DNA from: Copranaerobaculum intestinale
Lineage (GTDB): Bacteria; Bacillota_I; Bacilli_A; Erysipelotrichales; Erysipelotrichaceae
Length of the DNA: 32,000 bases
Direction: 5' to 3'
Assembly: GCF_009831105.1 (NCBI RefSeq)
Contig: NZ_WUUQ01000007.1
Coordinates: forward strand, 30,001 to 62,000
The notes below the pieces were generated by a model that was given only the letters and a program-made list of their open reading frames with translations, was not told the DNA's origin and did no database searches. Positions within the stretch are counted from its first letter, which is position 1; every line of letters begins with the position of its first letter. A program made the position numbers and the translations under genes. This document shows positions 16,119 through 24,571 of this stretch, one piece after another.

Positions 16119-16700
16119 TCAATAATCGATCAAGCTGCTGACCTTCATCAGTTTTATCAGATATTGATGATATAAAGGCATAAAAGTGGTAAACATCACT
16201 TCGGAAAGAGATGTGACACTGGCAAGCATGAGAATTGGCAGGGCACAGCCGATACAGATAAAGCAATAGCTCTGAAAGGCTTTCTGAAACAGCAGAATAT
16301 CTGTCCTCATCGTTTTCAAGAGCAGCCCAAGAAAGAGCAGAATGTAACCTGCCGTTCCGCCGATTGCCATTACCAAATGGATATTGGATAATAGCGGATA
16401 ACGCTTTGGAAGGTAGGGAACGATGGTGGACAGCGGCATCATAATACAGCTGATCAGGATGCCCAACTGTAAGCCTCGATCACTGATATGCAGGCGTTTT
16501 AGAAAATAATGGAAGGAAAGGTAAAAATAGCTGCCGCTCAGTACGCCCCATCCGATGAAGCCAAAGCGTTTGTGTAGTGAATTTCCGATATAGGAAAGAT
16601 TAAAATGAGTCAGCGGCATAGAAGCGGCCAGCAGAATAGACCAGATCGGCAAAATCCATGCTAGGGCAATCATCATTGTCCGCAGCTTTTTTTCAGTCAT
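16119..16700 (-). CDS. Integral membrane protein, function unknown
   Basis: The start was refined to the ATG at 16700 (AAGGAAGGA RBS); the listed ORF extends to 16724. It has about 6 transmembrane segments. Confidence 0.6.
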   Translation of the reverse strand: MTEKKLRTMMIALAWILPIWSILLAASMPLTHFNLSYIGNSLHKRFGFIGWGVLSGSYFYLSFHYFLKRLHISDRGLQLGILISCIMMPLSTIVPYLPKRYPLLSNIHLVMAIGGTAGYILLFLGLLLKTMRTDILLFQKAFQSYCFICIGCALPILMLASVTSLSEVMFTTFMPLYHQYLIKLMKVSSLIDY

Positions 16701-16769
16701 AAAATCCTTCCTTTCAACATGCAACAGTATAGTATATTTTCATAAAAATTGCCAGTTTATGTGAATGAA

Positions 16770-16799
16770 TTGACAAGTGTATGCATAGCATGCTATAGT
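16770..16799 (+). promoter_or_regulatory. Promoter of the FMN riboswitch-ribU unit
   Basis: TTGACA (16770-16775), an 18-nt spacer, and TGcTATAGT (16791-16799), an extended -10. Confidence 0.55.
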
Positions 16800-16804
16800 A
16801 CCGA

Positions 16805-16967
16805 TGACAAAACTTCAGGGTCGGGTGAAATTCCCAATCGGCGGTATACCCCGCAAGCCAAGGATGGCAGGAACCGGTGAAACTCCGGTGGCGACAGTAA
16901 AGTCTGGATGGAAGAAGTTGTTTTCTTTTTGATACCCCCAAAGGTTTTGTTGAAAAACCTTTTTTTG
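16805..16967 (+). promoter_or_regulatory. FMN riboswitch (RFN element) with a terminator expression platform
   Basis: CTTCAGGGTCGGGTGAAATTCCCAATCGGCGGTA...CCGGTGAAACTCCGG..GCGACAGTAAAGTCTGGATGGAAGAAG is a near-verbatim match to the RFN consensus. The terminator is AAAGGTTTT / AAAACCTTT plus a T-run at 16940-16967. Confidence 0.9.
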
Positions 16968-17007
16968 TTTTCTGACAGAAAAAGGCTGACAAAGAGGAGG
17001 AGCATAT

Positions 17008-17628
17008 ATGTCAGAAAATCTTTCAACAAAAACAAAAAAGTCGATCTCCACTGCGATGATCGCCAAAATCGCCATGCTGGGCGCACTGGCTGCGGTTGTG
17101 ATGTTCTTTGAAGTACCGATTCCCTTTGTACCCCCGTTTTATAAACTGGGATTTGATGAGGTTATTGTGATGATCGGCGGTTTTGCCTTTGGCCCGCTGC
17201 CGGCTATGGCGATCGAAGCAATCAAAATTCTGTTAAACTTTCTGATGAATGGCACCGATACCGGAGGGATCGGAGAACTCTCGAATTTCTTGATCGGCTG
17301 TTCCTATGTTATTCCGGCAGCTTTGATTTATCGCCGTGCGAAAGATAAGCGTCATGCGTATCTCGGCTTGATCGCCGGCAGTATTTCCTTAGTGATTTTG
17401 GGAGCGCTGATTAATTATTATGTCATGCTTCCGGTTTATTCCAAGGTATTGGAACTGCCGATGGAGGTCATCATTCAAGCTGGTTCAAAGCTGAATGGCT
17501 CGGTTGTCAATCTTGGCAGCTTCGTTTTGCTGATGACGACACCGTTCAATCTTTTGAAAGCAGTTCTTTGCTCATTGATCGTGCTTATTTCCTACAAGAA
17601 AGTATCTCCGCTGCTGCACCGTTCATAA
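17008..17628 (+). CDS. ribU: Riboflavin transporter, ECF-type S component RibU
   Basis: A 6-TM protein with RibU-like N-terminal sequence (AMLGALAAVVMFFEVPIPF...LGFDEVIVMIGGFAFGP), located directly downstream of an FMN riboswitch. Confidence 0.8.
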   Translation: MSENLSTKTKKSISTAMIAKIAMLGALAAVVMFFEVPIPFVPPFYKLGFDEVIVMIGGFAFGPLPAMAIEAIKILLNFLMNGTDTGGIGELSNFLIGCSYVIPAALIYRRAKDKRHAYLGLIAGSISLVILGALINYYVMLPVYSKVLELPMEVIIQAGSKLNGSVVNLGSFVLLMTTPFNLLKAVLCSLIVLISYKKVSPLLHRS

Positions 17629-17656
17629 AAAAACCGATCAATTATCGGTTTTTTTA
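17627..17656. terminator. Bidirectional intrinsic terminator between ribU and the methyltransferase gene
   Basis: A6-ACCGAT-caatt-ATCGGT-T6. Confidence 0.65.
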
Positions 17657-18424
17657 TCGTTTTATGATAATGGGTGACAACAAGCGGCAGCCACATTTTG
17701 CCTGCTTGACCGCTTCGATCAGAACACAGCGTGCATCTTCCTTTTGTTCATCGTAAACCGGCTGCACCTGTTTTACTTCCATATGAATTGCATGAAACCT
17801 TTCAATGATTTCACTTAATCGATCTGCGCGATGAACCAGATAACAATGGCCGCCGTCTTTCAACAGCCGATTGATCTGATCAATCAGCGTTTTTAAATTT
17901 AGAGTTATTTCATGCCGGGCCATTTGCTTGGGTGTTGTTTGAATGCTTTGCTCGCTAAGGGGGAAATAGGGCGGATTGGAAATGATGACATCTACCGGCG
18001 TAATATCTACATCTTGAATATTCTGATGAAGAATCGAACATTGATCTTCCAGCTTATGAAGTCGGATGTTCTTTTTGGCGAGCAGACAGGCTTCGCCTTG
18101 CAGCTCGACCCCGATTATCTTCTGATCACTGTACTGCGCAGCCGCCAGCACCAATACACCATTGTTCGTGCCGATATCCAATACAGTATCATGCTTATGA
18201 ATCCGCATGAAGCCAGCCAGCAGTACCGTGTCGGTATTGAAGCGAAACATCGTGCGGTGCTGATAGAGCTCTATACGAGGTTTCGGTAAATAATCATAGG
18301 TGAGGTTCAACGCTTCACATGCTGCTTTCCATTCGGCATACTGATTCAACCGCAATTCTGGCTGTTTGATAGGATCAAACAGCAGTTCCTTCTGTATGAT
18401 TTCTTCAATCTTTTTTATATTCAT
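17654..18424 (-). CDS. Class I SAM-dependent N6-adenine methyltransferase, tRNA1(Val) m6A37 (TrmN6/YfiC)-like
   Basis: The start was refined to the ATG at 18424 (GAGG RBS); the listed ORF extends to 18601 across the promoter region. It carries SAM motif I VLDIGTNNGVL and the catalytic NPPYF motif. Confidence 0.75.
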   Translation of the reverse strand: MNIKKIEEIIQKELLFDPIKQPELRLNQYAEWKAACEALNLTYDYLPKPRIELYQHRTMFRFNTDTVLLAGFMRIHKHDTVLDIGTNNGVLVLAAAQYSDQKIIGVELQGEACLLAKKNIRLHKLEDQCSILHQNIQDVDITPVDVIISNPPYFPLSEQSIQTTPKQMARHEITLNLKTLIDQINRLLKDGGHCYLVHRADRLSEIIERFHAIHMEVKQVQPVYDEQKEDARCVLIEAVKQAKCGCRLLSPIIIKR

Positions 18425-18560
18425 ATTTAACCTCGTTTCTCTTCCTATTTTATCATAACTGGCATGAAACAGAAATCCCTTCGAAAAGGCAGAAAAAAGT
18501 GTATATGAACCGCTTGGAAACATGCTATAATGGGAACGTATGAATTGGGAGGTTAAAGGC

Positions 18561-18815
18561 ATGAATGAGAAAGAAAGAAGACGGGTAATCTTCTCGATCA
18601 TCGCAGCGGCTGTATTTGTGATGACTTTGGTAGGAAGATTTGAGTTGAATATCGGTATGACATTTGGTTTCTTTATTCTTGGTATCAGTTTCCTGATGCA
18701 GGCAAATTATGCCCGCGAAGATGGATTGGATAAAGAGATGAAATCTAATACGATCGTCGGTTTGGTTGTACTGGCAATCGGTGTATATTTCTTTGCATCC
18801 TGGCTGGCTGGATAA
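18561..18815 (+). CDS. Small membrane protein (84 aa, 3 transmembrane segments)
   Basis: The ATG at 18561 is preceded by GGAGG (18548-18552). The protein is hydrophobic and is followed by a terminator. Confidence 0.5.
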   Translation: MNEKERRRVIFSIIAAAVFVMTLVGRFELNIGMTFGFFILGISFLMQANYAREDGLDKEMKSNTIVGLVVLAIGVYFFASWLAG

Positions 18816-18840
18816 CACGGATTATTCCGTGTTTTTTTTG
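18814..18840 (+). terminator. Intrinsic terminator
   Basis: ACACGG / CCGTGT stem followed by T8. Confidence 0.6.
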
Positions 18841-18997
18841 GTTTTGCTTGACATTATAGTTACTATATCGTTTATGATGAAATAAAGGATGTGAAACTAT
18901 GGCTGCCCAAACCGGCAGGCGATTACACAGTAATAAAGTAAGAGAGTACGGCTAGCGTGTTTCTTTCTGTTTTTGATGAAGAAAAGGAGAGAAAAAC

Positions 18998-19438
18998 ATG
19001 CAAGTCAGAACATTTAAACAAGACGATCAAACTGAATACTACCAAATGGCAGAAGCTTTTTATCACAGTGATGCGGCGGTAACCAATATTACAAAGGGAC
19101 AACTGAGGCGGACTTTCCAGGAGATCATGAAGAATTCTCCGTATGTGAAAGGAATGATGCTTTGTGAGGCCTCTCAAATTGTCGGCTATGCGCTCCTCAC
19201 ATTTTCCTGGAGCTGTGAGATGGACGGCATCATTGTTACTGTTGATGAACTGTTTATCAAGCCAAAGTACCGGAGTCATCGATATGGCTCACAATTTTTC
19301 AAATGGTTGGAAACCGCATATGATATTGATGATTATTCGTATTTTCTGGAAGTAAATCCGGAAAATCCCCGGGCTCGCAAGCTTTATGAACGCTTGGGAT
19401 ATCGAACCTGTCCCTATATTGCTATGCTGAAAAGCTAA
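18998..19438 (+). CDS. GNAT family N-acetyltransferase
   Basis: ELFIKPKYRSHRYGSQFFKWLE (motif A) and LYERLGY. RBS AAAGGAGAG. Confidence 0.8.
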   Translation: MQVRTFKQDDQTEYYQMAEAFYHSDAAVTNITKGQLRRTFQEIMKNSPYVKGMMLCEASQIVGYALLTFSWSCEMDGIIVTVDELFIKPKYRSHRYGSQFFKWLETAYDIDDYSYFLEVNPENPRARKLYERLGYRTCPYIAMLKS

Positions 19439-19444
19439 ATTAAG

Positions 19445-19470
19445 AAAACTGCAGAATTCTGCAGTTTTTT
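19445..19470. terminator. Bidirectional intrinsic terminator
   Basis: AAAA-CTGCAG-AATT-CTGCAG-TTTTTT perfect palindrome between convergent genes. Confidence 0.65.
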
Positions 19471-20287
19471 AGCGGCTTTTGAGATATGCCTGATACTTAT
19501 TGATGGCAATGGTTCGGTAAATGGCTTCCTGACGGCTTTCATACATCATCATTGCCCAACTGCACCAAAGCAAGTTGTGAAAGGTTTCCCAGACTGCCAG
19601 TTTCTCGTAGGGTATCGTTTGCTCAGCGAAATAGCGATGATAGAATTGTTCACGCTGGGCTGTGTCCGTAATATCGTTTTCAGTGAGAAAGCTCATAACG
19701 TCAAACAGGGGGTCATTATCAGCGGCATATTCGTAGTCGATCAAATACGTCTTAGCACCGCTGAAGAGAATATTGCCGCTGACCCAATCATTGTGACAAA
19801 GTGTAGATGGTCTGTAGATATCCTGTGCCGCAGAAATGATTGTCTTGGGATCCGGCAATATCAGAAAGGGATTCTTCGTATAAGACTGATATTGCTTCAG
19901 CCGGGCAAATGGATCAAAACAGGAACCGATCGTTTGTTTCAACTGGTGAAGCCGGCGCATCAGATCGGCGGTTCGCTCCAACTTATGATCATCAGTACAT
20001 TCCTGATATTCCAGGGCATCGGGCACAAAGTGCGTAATCCGGATGCCGGCAGCCGGATCAAAGTAATATTCAGAAACATCCAGGCCTTTGTCCTGAATGA
20101 TTTTTAGGGCTTTCTGCTCATCTTCAGCATGAATGATCTGTTCACTGTCTGAGCGTCTTATCCGAACCATAAAGGTTTCCTGTTCAACCGTCAGCAAATA
20201 GTTGTCATTGGTTAAGCCCTTGTTTGTTTTGATAAGATTCAGCTGCTTACCTGGAAAGAGCAGTTGGAGCTGTTTTTCTAATTTCAT
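19469..20287 (-). CDS. Choline/ethanolamine kinase-family phosphotransferase (APH fold)
   Basis: The start was refined to the ATG at 20287 (MKLEKQLQLLFPG...); the listed ORF extends to 20419. It has Brenner motif LCHNDWVSGNILF and DYEYAADNDPLFD. The substrate is not assignable. Confidence 0.7.
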   Translation of the reverse strand: MKLEKQLQLLFPGKQLNLIKTNKGLTNDNYLLTVEQETFMVRIRRSDSEQIIHAEDEQKALKIIQDKGLDVSEYYFDPAAGIRITHFVPDALEYQECTDDHKLERTADLMRRLHQLKQTIGSCFDPFARLKQYQSYTKNPFLILPDPKTIISAAQDIYRPSTLCHNDWVSGNILFSGAKTYLIDYEYAADNDPLFDVMSFLTENDITDTAQREQFYHRYFAEQTIPYEKLAVWETFHNLLWCSWAMMMYESRQEAIYRTIAINKYQAYLKSR

Positions 20288-20360
20288 AGTATCACCGCTG
20301 TTATCATAGCATATTAACGTGAATTTTGGTAAAATAGGAGAAGTAAAAAGGAGTGGTTTG

Positions 20361-20948
20361 ATGAAAGAAATCATGATTGCGACAAGCAATGCGCATAAAG
20401 TAAAAGAATTTAAAACCATGTTGGAACCGCTTGGCTATCAGGTAAAGAGTCTTTTGAATCTGGATGAATCGATTGATATCGAGGAAAATGGAACGACCTT
20501 TGCCGAGAATGCGATGATCAAAGCAAAGACCATATACGATCTGCTGCATATAGAAGTACTGGCGGATGATTCCGGGCTATGTGTAGATGCGATGGACGGA
20601 GCACCGGGAATTTACAGCGCCCGTTTCATGGGGCATGATACTTCCTATGCAATTAAGAATCGCTATATCATTGAACAGTGCGAGGGAAAAGATCGCGGCT
20701 GCGCGTTTGTCTGTGCTATTGCCTATGTGGATAAAGAAGGAAACGGTCATGTGTTTGAAGGGGAGGTCCGCGGTACTGTGGCGCATGAGATCATCGGGGC
20801 AAAAGGTTTTGGTTACGATCCGATTTTTTATTACGAACCCTTTCATACAACCCTGGCAAATGTCAGTGAGGAACAAAAAAATGAGGTTTCTCATCGATCC
20901 AGAGCACTGGCAAAATTCTTATCGTATTTAAAGGAGGAAAATGTATGA
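20361..20948 (+). CDS. rdgB: Non-canonical purine NTP pyrophosphatase (RdgB/HAM1 family)
   Basis: The start was refined to the ATG at 20361 (AAAGGAG RBS). Motifs are IMIATSNAHKVKEF, ENG.TF.ENA..KA, DDSGL.VDA..G.PG.YSARF, and GFGYDPIF. Confidence 0.9.
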   Translation: MKEIMIATSNAHKVKEFKTMLEPLGYQVKSLLNLDESIDIEENGTTFAENAMIKAKTIYDLLHIEVLADDSGLCVDAMDGAPGIYSARFMGHDTSYAIKNRYIIEQCEGKDRGCAFVCAIAYVDKEGNGHVFEGEVRGTVAHEIIGAKGFGYDPIFYYEPFHTTLANVSEEQKNEVSHRSRALAKFLSYLKEENV

Positions 20949-21454
20949 TTCATGTTGTATTATATGAACCGGAAATTCCTCAAAATACCGGTAATATCAT
21001 GCGTACCTGCATGGCTGCCAATTTGAAGCTGCATCTCATCGAACCGCTTGGCTTTTATCTCGATGAAAAGCATGTTCGCCGCGCCGGCATGGACTATATC
21101 AAGGATTTGGATTACCGTGTTTATCCCAACTGGGAAGAATTTCTAAAGCTTCATCAAGACGGTGAATTTTATTATATGACACGATATGGTAAGAAAGCAC
21201 CCTCGCAGTTTGACTTCACCCAGGCGAAACGTGATATTTATCTGGTTCTCGGCAAAGAAAGCACCGGGATTCCAAAAGAAATTCTGTCTCAGCATCTGGA
21301 CCGCTGTATGCGTCTGCCGATGGTACCGAACGCGCGTTCCTTAAATCTTTCCAATTGTGCCGCGATCATTGTGTATGAGGTGCTGCGGCAGCTGGATTAT
21401 CCGGGATTATGTACCCATGAAACACTGAAGGGTGAGGACTGGCTTACTCAATGA
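20945..21454 (+). CDS. trmL: tRNA (cytidine/uridine(34)-2'-O)-methyltransferase TrmL (SpoU/TrmH family)
   Basis: VVLYEPEIPQNTGNIMRTC, LVLGKESTGIP, and RSLNLSNCAAIIVYE (SPOUT knot motifs) in a 169-aa protein. ATGA overlap with rdgB. Confidence 0.9.
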   Translation: MIHVVLYEPEIPQNTGNIMRTCMAANLKLHLIEPLGFYLDEKHVRRAGMDYIKDLDYRVYPNWEEFLKLHQDGEFYYMTRYGKKAPSQFDFTQAKRDIYLVLGKESTGIPKEILSQHLDRCMRLPMVPNARSLNLSNCAAIIVYEVLRQLDYPGLCTHETLKGEDWLTQ

Positions 21455-22032
21455 CCATGGATCGCTTCGTGGATACCCCATCAAAGCGGCGCTGCGCGTG
21501 GGTAGTATTAACTGCCTGTTTGCTTTTTGCGGGGGCAGTTCAAAACGGAAAGCTGGGACTGTCGATCCTACCGGTCGAACGTTATGATGAACTGTTTGAG
21601 TTGCTGTCATCAAGAACCCTTTCCGGCAGTTATCTATCACGTACGATTTATACCGTGATCTCTCAGGCTTCGATTACGCCCTGGATCATTGCAAAAGCCG
21701 TGTTTGCCTCGCTGCAATTTTTTGAGATTTCGTTGATTGTGATCACGGGCGGTTTTCTCTTTATGAAGGGAAAGGACAGTAAGAGTCGGCGATGGCTGTA
21801 TGTTGGTTTAAGCAGCTTTGTCATATTGCTTTTATTATGTATTTGGTGTGTCTGTCAGGGGTTATCTGCTGTATCCTTGAACATGGTAATCGATCAGCTC
21901 CATATCATTGGATTGCTTCTGATAGTTCAAAGCGGTTTTCAGATGCTTACATGTCTTGGCGCGATTTACTGTTGTATCATGTATGACTATCTGCCGGCAA
22001 TGAGAGTTACGGTAGAATATATCGAAGAATAA
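21451..22032 (+). CDS. Integral membrane protein, function unknown
   Basis: ATGA overlap with trmL. It has about 5 hydrophobic segments and no recognised motif. Confidence 0.5.
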   Translation: MTMDRFVDTPSKRRCAWVVLTACLLFAGAVQNGKLGLSILPVERYDELFELLSSRTLSGSYLSRTIYTVISQASITPWIIAKAVFASLQFFEISLIVITGGFLFMKGKDSKSRRWLYVGLSSFVILLLLCIWCVCQGLSAVSLNMVIDQLHIIGLLLIVQSGFQMLTCLGAIYCCIMYDYLPAMRVTVEYIEE

Positions 22033-22068
22033 AAAAACAAGACGCTGATTGGTTCAGCGCCTTGTTTT
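22031..22068. terminator. Bidirectional intrinsic terminator
   Basis: A7-CAAGACGCTGA-ttggt-TCAGCGCCTTG-TTTT between convergent genes. Confidence 0.65.
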
Positions 22069-22071
22069 ATA

Positions 22072-22314
22072 TTAGAACTCTTTCAGGTTCTTTAAGTTTG
22101 TGCTTTCGTCTCCGTCGTTCATACCGCGGATGTGACGTGCGCCGTCACGGCCGGTGAAAGGCAGAGCGTTTTCAATCAGGCCCTGTTCAACTGCTTCTAA
22201 AGCCTGTTCGTAGTCATACACTTTGCCAGTGCTGGATTTGAATTCTTTCAAAGTTCCATCAGAATTACGGCGTGCAGCTACGAAGCGTTCTTTTTTCTTG
22301 CTGTCTTTTTTCAT
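22072..22314 (-). CDS. Small basic/acidic cytoplasmic protein (80 aa), possibly DUF3892-like
   Basis: A clean ORF with a GGAGG RBS (22325-22329 on the reverse strand). The pattern RRNSDGTL..F.SSTGKVYDYEQALEAVEQGLI......GRDG..HIRG..DG....NLKNL resembles the DUF3892 family as I remember it. Confidence 0.45.
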   Translation of the reverse strand: MKKDSKKKERFVAARRNSDGTLKEFKSSTGKVYDYEQALEAVEQGLIENALPFTGRDGARHIRGMNDGDESTNLKNLKEF

Positions 22315-22377
22315 TTTTCTTTACCTCCTGACATTATTGTGAACAGCACCTGCATATTTATACACTGGAGGGATACT

Positions 22378-23067
22378 GTGAATTTTTGGAAATATCATGT
22401 GAACGGAAATGACTTTCTTTTGGTCCATCAAAAATCAAATATCAGTGAGAAACAAGGAATCCTGCTGTGTGATCGGCATAAAGGAATCGGAGCAGACGGC
22501 ATTCTAATTGTGCGAGTTCACAAATTTGAAGTTTACTATCGCCATGTGAATGCGGACGGCAGTCATGCGGCGATGTGCGGCAATGGTATACGGTGTGTAG
22601 GGCACTGGTTTATGAGTCGCCATAAGTTGGATCGCTGTACGGTTCATATTGATGAAAGAGCGTATTCGCTTAGAATGAGCGGCGGGAATTTTGTAACACT
22701 GATCAGTGATATACCTGAGATATTGGGACGAAACCGCTACAACAGTGGGGTTGTGCATCTGATATCCTCCCGTTATCAGGCTCGAACGGATGCCAATGTG
22801 GATGTAGTTGAATATAGGGATCCACTGCATTTCCATATCCGTACGATAGAGCTGGGAGTAGGTCCGACTTTATCCTGCGGCACCGGTACCATGGCTGCAT
22901 TTTATCACGGATACCGACATGGATATCTGCATCGTATCGCTATTGGAGCCAGTCCGGGCGGGGATAATCTGCTGCGTTGGGGAAACAACCAAATCTATAT
23001 GTCGGCAATCGTTCATCCGGTTTTTCATGGTACCTGGATGGAAACCGAAAACGATAGCTTCCGATAA
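22378..23067 (+). CDS. Diaminopimelate epimerase-like protein (DapF/PhzF fold), short and divergent
   Basis: The probable start is GTG 22378, 5 nt after GGAGGG (22367-22372). It has GNDFLLV, NADGSHAAMCGNGIRC (first catalytic Cys) and LSCGTGTMA (second catalytic Cys). It is about 229 aa against about 275-285 aa for typical DapF. Confidence 0.65.
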   Translation: MNFWKYHVNGNDFLLVHQKSNISEKQGILLCDRHKGIGADGILIVRVHKFEVYYRHVNADGSHAAMCGNGIRCVGHWFMSRHKLDRCTVHIDERAYSLRMSGGNFVTLISDIPEILGRNRYNSGVVHLISSRYQARTDANVDVVEYRDPLHFHIRTIELGVGPTLSCGTGTMAAFYHGYRHGYLHRIAIGASPGGDNLLRWGNNQIYMSAIVHPVFHGTWMETENDSFR

Positions 23068-23096
23068 TTGAAATATAAAGGTACTTCATGTATAAT
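23068..23096 (+). promoter_or_regulatory. Putative sigma-A promoter
   Basis: TTGAAA (23068-23073), a 17-nt spacer, and TATAAT (23091-23096). Confidence 0.5.
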
Positions 23097-23114
23097 GTAC
23101 CCGAGGTGAAAAAC

Positions 23115-23261
23115 ATGATTGAATGTATGGGCGATGTAATGTCTTTGCTCTGTCTGGTAAGCTTTCCAGTATTGATGATAATCATGTTTTTTGTGTCACT
23201 GCTGAAAAAGCGCAGGACAAAGCTCATTGCGAATCGCGAACAGTATTACAGGGAGTGGTAA
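23115..23261 (+). CDS. Unlisted small membrane protein (48 aa)
   Basis: ATG 23115 is preceded by GAGGTGA. The product is MIECMGDVMSLLCLVSFPVLMIIMFFVSLLKKRRTKLIANREQYYREW, with one transmembrane helix and a basic tail. It ends 3 nt before the TTG start of the CNNM gene. It is below the 60-aa cutoff of the ORF track. Confidence 0.35.
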   Translation: MIECMGDVMSLLCLVSFPVLMIIMFFVSLLKKRRTKLIANREQYYREW

Positions 23262-23264
23262 AAA

Positions 23265-24551
23265 TTGGATGACTCGCATATAGGACTCATTGTCATTGTA
23301 TTAGTATTGTTAATTGTTTTATCCGCCTTATTTTCTTCATCAGAAACGGCATATTCTTCTTTGAATCAGATCAGGCTGAAGCAAATGGCCAAGAACGGTG
23401 ACCGCAAAGCAAAAATAGCCTACAATAATACGAAACGGTTTACGTCGTTGATAACAACCATCCTGATTGGTAACAATTTGGTGAACATCCTGGCTACCTC
23501 TATGGCAACCAGTTTGCTGACCTCGTTGTTTGGCGGGGCCGGTATCGCATTGGCTACTTTTTTCATGACGGTCCTGATTTTGATATTCGGTGAAGTCATG
23601 CCTAAAATTATTGCGAAATCAAAAGCGGAAGCGACAGCTCTGCATATGGCGGTACCGCTGCACTATCTTCTGATCGTACTGCGTCCGCTGACATGGATTG
23701 TCGAATCTGCACAGACTCACTGGGAGAAAAAGCAAAATATTGAAAATGTTACCGCTACTGAGGATGAGCTGTTAGAGATTGTCTCAACGATCGAGCAGGA
23801 AGGCGTACTGGAACAGGATGAACGGGAGCTGATTGAGAGCGTTATCGAATTTGATGACAAGAATGTCCGTGACATCATGATTCCTAAAGAAGACGTAGTT
23901 TTTTTATATGACAATGCTACTTATGATCAGCTGAAAAATGTACTGAATACGTATAAGCTATCCCGAATACCGATCATATCTTATGAAAAACTGCAGGTAG
24001 TCGGTGTGCTGCGAGTACGTGATGTATTAGACGCGCTGGTCAATGAACAGCCGATCGTGATTGCTGAACTGATGCAGCCGCCGGTATTTGTATCGCAGCG
24101 CAAAAAGCTGCCGCAGGTACTGGAGGATATTCAGAAATCACGGGAACATATGGCTATCGTTATGGAGAGTCAGACATCTCATGTTTTTGTGGGTATCATT
24201 ACTCTGGAAGATGTTTTAGAGGAACTGGTCGGTGAGATCTATGATGAATATGATCCGCTGCCGAATCATGTAGTAGAATTTGGGCATCATACTTTTGAAA
24301 TCGAGGGAAAAGTTTCTTTGATCGATTTCTTTGATCAGTATGCGGAAGATCAGGAACCGCCGAAAACCAAAGCCCGCAATTTTACCGCGTGGGTATATGA
24401 ATTGAATAACCATCGGAAAGTTCGCCGAAATCGTGAACTCATTTATGAAAACTATGAAATCAGGGTTTTGGATACACAGGATGGCATGGCATCCAAAGTG
24501 GAACTGACCGTTAAATCATCAAATGATGAAGATGAATTGGAATTAGATTAA
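23265..24551 (+). CDS. CNNM (DUF21)-CBS pair-CorC/HlyC family transporter (hemolysin-family / Mg2+-Co2+ efflux-type protein)
   Basis: An N-terminal DUF21 membrane domain (LSALFSSSETAYSSLNQIRLKQMAKNGD), a CBS pair, and a C-terminal CorC_HlyC domain. The start is TTG with a GGGAGTGG RBS. Confidence 0.85.
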   Translation: MDDSHIGLIVIVLVLLIVLSALFSSSETAYSSLNQIRLKQMAKNGDRKAKIAYNNTKRFTSLITTILIGNNLVNILATSMATSLLTSLFGGAGIALATFFMTVLILIFGEVMPKIIAKSKAEATALHMAVPLHYLLIVLRPLTWIVESAQTHWEKKQNIENVTATEDELLEIVSTIEQEGVLEQDERELIESVIEFDDKNVRDIMIPKEDVVFLYDNATYDQLKNVLNTYKLSRIPIISYEKLQVVGVLRVRDVLDALVNEQPIVIAELMQPPVFVSQRKKLPQVLEDIQKSREHMAIVMESQTSHVFVGIITLEDVLEELVGEIYDEYDPLPNHVVEFGHHTFEIEGKVSLIDFFDQYAEDQEPPKTKARNFTAWVYELNNHRKVRRNRELIYENYEIRVLDTQDGMASKVELTVKSSNDEDELELD

Positions 24552-24571
24552 TACAAACAGGAGGAAACATT

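Noticed and set aside
16714-17111. Four overlapping 67-97-aa ORFs on both strands (three minus, one plus) upstream of ribU.
   Set aside because: The region is an FMN riboswitch with its own promoter and terminator. The ORFs are artefacts of a structured non-coding leader.
18841-18997. A leader of about 150 nt upstream of the third GNAT gene. It has an 18-codon mini-ORF (MAAQTGRRLHSNKVREYG, 18900-18956) and a small GCTGCC/GGCAGG hairpin. I considered a riboswitch or a leader-peptide attenuator.
   Set aside because: It matches no riboswitch core I know, the hairpin is short and imperfect, and there is no terminator/antiterminator alternative. It is most simply a promoter plus 5' UTR.
19577-20107. 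176-aa plus-strand ORF inside the kinase gene, and the ORFs at 20577-20931 inside rdgB.
   Set aside because: They are antisense or alternative-frame ORFs within genes that carry clear family motifs. They have no independent signals.
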